DNA of 44,213 nucleotides, filler included, from Jimgerdemannia flammicorona (lineage: Eukaryota): NCBI GenBank assembly GCA_003990765.1. It is 2 parts of 2 records of this genome, joined end to end, with 100 filler letters (N's around TTAATTAATTAA, not from the genome) between each part and the next. Parts side by side here need not be neighbours in the genome. Positions count along the whole stretch, not along the records: positions 22,158 to 44,213 come from RBNJ01001343.1; 1 more part is not named here. One strand, given 5' to 3'. This document shows positions 38,215 through 44,213 of the stretch, piece by piece. Made by a program: the position numbers and the translations under genes. The notes beneath the pieces are model-generated. The model was given only the letters and a program-made list of their open reading frames with translations, ran no database searches and was not told where the DNA came from. Within the stretch, counting starts at the first letter, position 1; every line of letters begins with the position of its first letter.

Positions 38215-38847
38215 TCATGGATCATCTATAGTTAGTTCTCCATCATCATACCATTCATCCTCAAAGGGTTTATCATCATCAGACCAATCATCGTAAAAGG
38301 TTGGTTCTTCATAGCCATACCAATAATCCTCAAAGATTTCGCCATCGTCATACCAATCATCCTCAAAGGTTTCGTCTTCATCAGAACAATCATTGTAAAA
38401 GGTTAGTTCTCTATCAGTATACCAACTGTCTAGGGTTGGTTCTCCATCATTATCAACAATTGGTGGTGGGGATTGAGGACGAACACAATTGGGATATCTC
38501 CAATTATCGTCGTCATCGTCATCAGTATCATCATCGTCGTCGTCATCGTTGTCATCGTCATCATTGTTGTTGTTGTTATTGCTATGATTGGGGACATCCC
38601 CATTGTGTTCGTCATTGTCGGGGTTATTGTTCGTATCAGCAGTGCACTGGATTTGGTCGAGATGTATGTCACGGGCTTGTATAATGTTGATATAGATGAT
38701 TACACGGAGCTGGGAGCTGGCACTTGGTTTTGATGGAAAACCAAAGGATTATGATCAGAGAGCTGGTTATTCTGTAGACAGTTTGCATATTTGCTGTTCT
38801 GAGTGTTGTAAGTCCAGAATGAACCTTTTTAACCCTTTGGTCATCAT
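38215..38847 (-). pseudogene. Highly acidic low-complexity protein with repeated Trp/Tyr-Asp motifs
   Basis: One frame with three stops (TAA, TGA, TAA) then a poly-N/D tract and repeats such as FEDDWYDDGE, FEDEWYDDGE, TFYDDWSDD. Confidence 0.5.
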
Positions 38848-39915
38848 TGGTTTGAGTACTTGTTTGGCCAAGATAGGGGGTTCGACTTAAATGGTACTGA
38901 CTTTAGCATCTGAGAAGATTTCTCAGTATTGTACAATTATAGCAACTTCATGTGAATAATATAGATGGAACCTACGACAACAGTGAGATTTATACAGCAT
39001 ATCTACTATATTTGCCCTCTGCCTCAAATATAGATGTGTGAGACAGAGGTACTGTTGGGACTTTTATACACAGTGATAAGTATATACAATAGACTCCGAC
39101 ATATGAGTTCAGAACAGAGTCTCTTGGACAGTGTGAGACCTAATTTATTTATAAATGGTATAACCTAGTTTGGGTTGTGTCAAGCGCAGTTTAAGCCTCT
39201 TGTCAAAACAGTCATGCAGAGTTCTGACATCATCCTTTCTTTCTACAAAACAAACTGTTCAACTAACATGTCACTGCATCCTACACTGACAACAACTACT
39301 ATTTCATTTGGTATGAAATAACCCCTCTTTAATCTCTTTAATCACTACAACTACCTCTCTCATTACTAATCACTCTCATGTTTATACCTCTTTCTTAGAT
39401 TCTACAAGAATTCACCCAGCATTCTTCCAACAGCAATGTCAACCTGTTGCTTTCACCGCTACAACTACAATAGCTAGTTTAGAATATAATGTTGCCAAAT
39501 TGAGCCCCATCTTTTTTGGGTACCCGACTACACCAAGCAAGAGCAGTACTCACTCAAACAATAAATATAGGCTGTGATGTCGAGTTGCATGTTGATAGTA
39601 TCCATTTTGCAACCACACTGACCACTACTACCACAGCACTTTATACTTGTATTGTATGCATATAATACGTTTATTCGATAAATAAAACATAGTTATTGGC
39701 TTAAAATTTTGTCCTTCCCAATTGCTGTCACCTTGGCAACAAACATATCTGCTGAGGCGACATCCAATTATACTGAGGTGTTGACTTTGGGTGTCAATAA
39801 TAGAAATATGCTGAGTTTCTTGATAGATTACACATGACGGATAAATGCCAGCCAGTGTAACCCTGGGCAAGTAATGTTGATTCCAAATTAGTGATATAAT
39901 TGTTCCAGGCCCACT

Positions 39916-39961
39916 ATGTCATTGTCGGGAAAAGTGAATGCACTTTCCCCGACAATGACAT
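39916..39961. repeat. Palindrome family, centre-deleted copy with different outer arms
   Basis: ATGTCATTGTCGGGAAAAGTG-AATG-CACTTTCCCCGACAATGACAT. Confidence 0.9.
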
Positions 39962-40913
39962 CACCAGTAGTTGTGATGGTCACCACCCAACGAATATTTA
40001 CAACAATTCGAATTTATTAGTAATTGTGCTAGAGCTACCAAACTTTACATCGTAAAGTGAATATTGACTGCTTATTTGGGTTGAATAATGAAAAAGGGGT
40101 TTCTCGTTCTTTGCTTGTATACATAGAAGTGTCGATGGAAGAGATCTTGTGATATGTGACTCAGATTCGGAAATAGGCTTCCACGTTGATGTTGTTAGTG
40201 ATATGTTACACATTATGCAAGTCAAGTATTTTGGACGACCGTCACAGTAATGCAATAGATGATCAGCTTATAAGTCGCTTGTTACAATATGACAACTCTT
40301 ATAAGAAAAGCCTTATATTCAACAGCATTTATGCCACTAAACACATTGACAAGAGGCTCTCACCTGGAGTTGTGTGCCAATGTATATGAAGCAGATGAGG
40401 TGTCAAGGTTCTCTATATATCCATTGGATAAAGAACTTGAATGAAGTATATGCATTCATATCTGATGTGTCAGACCAAGTGAGCTCCAAAATCTGTGCAA
40501 TGCCGACTAGTTATGATACTGATTTATTGCATGGGGTAATAATCTCTGACAACACTGGTAGAAACACCACCAGTGTTGTCTGTAAACTGCGCTTTTGCAC
40601 GGCAATAAATGGCTGATGCATTTTTGGTTATGTTCTTTGTTTGTCCCCCTTATATATGCCTTTTCATATGTCATCTGTTCATTTTGACTCTGGTTTTGGG
40701 TTCGCTCCCTTGATACCTGCTACCTTCTTCCTCCTCCATAAGCTGGGTAATTGAATCTCTCACTAAGTTTGTGTTGTCGGCTTTTATCTATAAAGATTAG
40801 AATTAGTAGAGTAAACGATTTGTTTTACATAGTTATATAAATCATTGCCTGTGAGGATAATGATATATTATGGAACTTGTATTGTTGTCTGTAAACATTT
40901 GCTTATTAGTAAA

Positions 40914-40965
40914 GCAACTGATTTTACACATATGCTGATAGTGGTTCGAATTCACTTCAGGGCAA
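40914..40965 (+). pseudogene. Degenerate second copy of the tRNA-like sequence (inverted relative to 24338-24421)
   Basis: GCAACTGATTTTACACATATGC-TGATAGTGGTTCGAATTCACTTCAGGGCAA matches the anticodon/intron and T-arm parts of the first copy. Confidence 0.75.
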
Positions 40966-41067
40966 ATATATTTTATATTGATATAATAGATAGAGAATAC
41001 AGATACGTTTATCGATAATGTTTTAGAATATACATCTCCTAAAACATCTCGACAACAGAGCATTGTA

Positions 41068-41532
41068 TTATTTACATGGTTTGAGCTCACCGAGCTCATT
41101 TAGCATACAAAACAGTTGACGCACTATTGGCTCTGTTTTTCTATCATTTATATCAGCTGATGCAGCAGCAACGCCATCAGTATTTAGTGCTTCGATATCC
41201 GCACCATTGCGAAGTAGAGCAATGAGTATAATAGCATCTTGCTCATCTCTGGTAGTGGTGGCAGTAATATTTGGAGTGTGTATGTGTTCCTGTAGCATTT
41301 CAGGTAACAACATCCACTTTTTGAGCATTACTACAGTATTATAGAAAATATGACCAACAGCTGTGTGCAATGGCGTATTGCCAAACACATCTGGGTTACT
41401 CAGCAAGGTTGCATCAATCAATGCTTGGATGTTTTCGATGTCACTACCTCTAATTGCATAGTGTAGTGTATAGTGCTCTTTAACTGTAGCGCGTTGGGCA
41501 TCAATTGCAGAACGTCAGACACCGCGATCCAT
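41068..41532 (-). pseudogene. Small ankyrin-repeat protein
   Basis: TLHYAIRG, DVFGNTPLHTAV, LLRNGADIEALNTDG; ATG 41532 with in-frame TGA at codon 6. Confidence 0.85.
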
Positions 41533-41700
41533 ATTTGCAAAGCCTAGAGTTGATGTGGAGTTGGTTAAAAGCTAAACAGGATGTATGCTAATTGAAATAT
41601 TATCTATACAGGATGGTCTTGGTATTCACGTAATATTATTTAAGAGTGTGACGTCTCACAAACACGTGAAGGTTTGGTAATCACAGACAATACGTCAGCG

Positions 41701-41761
41701 TTGGGGAAAGTGCATTCACGTGGATGGGATTATCCTATCCACGTGAATGCACTTTCCCCAA
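41701..41761. repeat. Long palindrome family, full copy 2
   Basis: TTGGGGAAAGTGCATTCACGTGGATGGGAT-T-ATCCTATCCACGTGAATGCACTTTCCCCAA. Confidence 0.95.
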
Positions 41762-41968
41762 TGACTGCAGTTGTGTGTCCAGTGGGACTAGTGTGTGCCC
41801 ATGATTGTCTACGCACAATCCAGAATCATTATTATTAAATAAAATAATCTGATAGTTTCTACACATTGTTTGTGGGGTTTAAAAATAGTATTCACTGTTG
41901 TACATCACTCATTTATTCAATTGATGGCAATTCTGAGTTATCTAGAAACTAAGATACTAACTATTTGT

Positions 41969-42325
41969 TCAGATATTATATGGGCTTGTTGTGAATAAAT
42001 CTGTATTATCTAGCTCTATGACGAGCATCTATTCGGAATTGACCCCAAGACTCTCCATCGTAATGCTTTCATTATTCGTGTCAAAGTCGATAAGAGATGT
42101 GCCATCCATTCTCTTCAAGATGAAATTGTCTCCTTTGGGATTGTGGTCTATCTCGAGGGTGTGGAGCAGGCAGCCGATGTCATCGGAGGTTTCGATTTTG
42201 AGTAGATGTGTTGTTCCATCGAGCCATTGAATGTTGATTGTCACAAATTTTCCACTCAGTATAATGTTATTCTGACCTTTATTAAGGTTTTGACAGTATC
42301 TTTCAAAATAATCTTTTTCAGCCAT
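41969..42325 (-). pseudogene. Ubiquitin-like/UBX-like protein, copy B (TGG to TAG stop)
   Basis: Near-identical to 29447-29800 from KFVTINIQ onward; stop at 42029. Confidence 0.75.
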
Positions 42326-42409
42326 TGTTTAATGAAGGGATGTGAGGTTTGTGGTGGTATTTATTTATAATACACCTATTGACAGTGACAGTTATGTACA
42401 TGTTTGTGA

Positions 42410-42487
42410 CGTGAGTATTGGGGAAAGTGCATTCACATGGATGAGATTATCCCATTCACGTGAATGCACTTTCCTCGACGCTCATGT
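42410..42487. repeat. Long palindrome family, full copy 3 with extended decayed arms
   Basis: CGTGAGTATTGGGGAAAGTGCATTCACATGGATGAGAT-T-ATCCCATTCACGTGAATGCACTTTCCTCGACGCTCATG. Confidence 0.92.
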
Positions 42488-42809
42488 AATTGGGAGGAAG
42501 TCCCCATATTCCCACGCTGTTGTGAATCATCAAACACACCGTCTAGCCATGAACTCCAACCATGACCTGGTCGTGATTGAATTACCACACCTTGTCATTG
42601 CAATCACGACACCACACACACTATTGCCACATGTCCCAATTCTGTAATTACCGGAAATTGGTATTGTCCAGGAACTGGAAGGAGTTTAGATGAGGGTTTT
42701 GTATACCCAATAATATATTTATTTATCAAATGTGAAATCGGCCTTTTATTCCATCAAAGGAGGAAATATAAATAAGCAGTGCAGCCATGACAGAAATCTC
42801 TTTCAAATC

Positions 42810-43590
42810 TTATGGATATATAGTATCATAATAGGTGCTGACTACAACAGATTGTTTGGGCTTGCTACACCAAATTATATTGCTATACTGTTTGGCATTA
42901 TACCATTCCAAAATGATGTCATACTTCCATTTCTCCTCATCAAACATACACCACACTGCACTGGGGCAAAACTCCTCAGCAACCAGAGTCAGCATCTCAT
43001 CACCCTCGTCCTCGACATCGAAAACGGGGTGAATCTCCACATTAAGCCCCAGCTCAGTCACAATGGCATACAGCGTGCGATCACACCCCTGGAGTATTTT
43101 GGGAAATGTCATCGTAAATTCCTCTACTTTGCCATGGTCTGGTGTGAGTGGATATGCGTGTTGTAAGCCAAAGGCAAGCACACCACCATTGGGCATGAAA
43201 CCCACACAGGTGATAGCTGTGTTGAGCATCTTGTACAGTAACAGATGTCCGAGATTGAGGCTCGATGTTGTTGGGATGTCATGGTGTAACATAAGGTTGT
43301 ACGTGAGCATGATACCAAAGCCAGATGTGAGTGGATGGATGGTGTATGGACATTTCTTGCGGAATGCTGTCCATTGGATCTTTTCAGCATCCTTTGACCA
43401 GTCAAATAAGTTGGTAGTGTTCTTGTATCGCACAATGAGTTAGCCACCACAGCAGGTTGTTGGCGGACAGACAATAAGCAAAAGGTCACCATTGTTGTGT
43501 AGAGTCTCGTAATATGTCCTTCCATGGGGTGTGTGGATGGTGAGTTTCAGTAGCTGTGGAATGATAGTTGCATTGCCTGGGGCCATATGT
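42810..43590 (-). pseudogene. Fungal-type 2OG-Fe(II) oxygenase-fold gene lacking catalytic residues, 5'-truncated
   Basis: LLKLTIH..LLIVCPPTTCCGG*LIVRY..FDWS..IQWTAF..IHPLTSGFGIMLTYNL..FMPNGGVLAFGLQHAYP..LQGCDRTLY follows the family pattern GGxLxVRH..FDWS..IQWAAFYSDCEHEVxPVTSGHRxTLTYNL (recalled, not searched). Confidence 0.75.
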
Positions 43591-43593
43591 TAG

Positions 43594-44213
43594 CAGTAGT
43601 GCATCACAACTCGAGCCGACCCATGTACATATTTAACCTGACCCGGAATTATACGTCACCCATCTTTAACCCGACCCAGAATTATACGTCACCCATCTTT
43701 AACCTGACCCGGAATAATATGTCACCCGTCTTTAACCTGACCCGGAATAATACGTCACCCGTCTTTAACCCAACCCAGAATTATATGTCACCCATCTTTA
43801 ACCCGACCTGGAAACATACGTCACCCGTCTTTAACCCGACCCGGAATTATACGTAACCCGTCTTTAACCCAACCTGAGAAATATATGTGACCCAACCCGA
43901 GAAATATACGTGACCCGACCCTGACCCATATTTAACCCGACACAGACCTGTCTTTAATCCGCCTTTAAGCTACAAGGCACCAAAAAAAATATATTGCACA
44001 TCTAAGATATATTTAGAATAAACAAACAGAAACATAATTAGGAATCAGAAATCAAAATGAAATCGGAAATAAATAGGAAGTAAATCAGGAAAATAAAGAA
44101 CTTACCGGTGTGAACAGATCTTACTCTTCATCGCTATAAACCAACTGATCCTCCTCTTCATCGCTATAAACCAACTGATCCTCCTCCTTCTCATATTCTG
44201 AATCATCTTCCTC
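43594..44213 (-). mobile_element. Possible terminus of a DNA transposon (hAT-like) with subterminal repeats
   Basis: Oxygenase homology stops near 43594; TAGTGCATCACAAC then ACCCG repeats; minus-strand acidic ORF end EEDDSEYEKEEDQLVYSDEEEDQLVYSDEE* (stop 44121-44123); other end not in window. Confidence 0.4.
43632..43965. repeat. 33-bp tandem repeat (7 full copies, then degenerate), ACCCG-rich
   Basis: Consensus TTTAACCCGACCCGGAATTATACGTCACCCGTC, units starting 43632, 43665, 43698, 43731, 43764, 43797, 43830. Confidence 0.95.

Noticed and set aside
43632..43862. 33-bp repeats as a CRISPR array
   Set aside because: Head-to-tail units with no unique spacers, no cas genes, eukaryotic context.

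Overview
Eukaryotic, probably early-diverging fungal (Mucoromycota-like; inferred from a Zn2Cys6 domain, a fungal-type Crinkler and GT-AG introns) sequence. It consists of two blocks joined by an artificial 100-nt gap (44 N + TTAATTAATTAA + 44 N, 22058-22157). Left block: ~20.4 kb of nested, almost CpG-free retroelement relics, followed abruptly by a CpG-rich island with an intact intronless SRP14. The relics are a minus-strand Ty3/Gypsy element (gag-PR-extra region-dUTPase-RT-RH-INT, with 5' LTR and tRNA-Pro PBS), a full-length L1/Tx1-type LINE inserted in its gag with a 14-bp TSD, a related solo LTR with GTAC TSD, and older plus-strand LINEs. Right block: a 9-bp satellite, then ~20 kb of tightly packed, mostly pseudogenised accessory genes (Zn2Cys6, tRNA-like x2, captured NOP4-like RRM fragment, duplicated ubiquitin/UBX-like gene, Crinkler NTPase-REase, F-box, kinase, ankyrin, dead 2OG-Fe(II) oxygenase), ending in a probable DNA-transposon terminus. 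The most unusual signal is a family of long near-perfect intergenic palindromes (5 copies/derivatives) that exactly bracket a duplicated one-gene module, suggesting a cassette-like or large-element cargo system. No mobilising enzyme for it is visible in the window.
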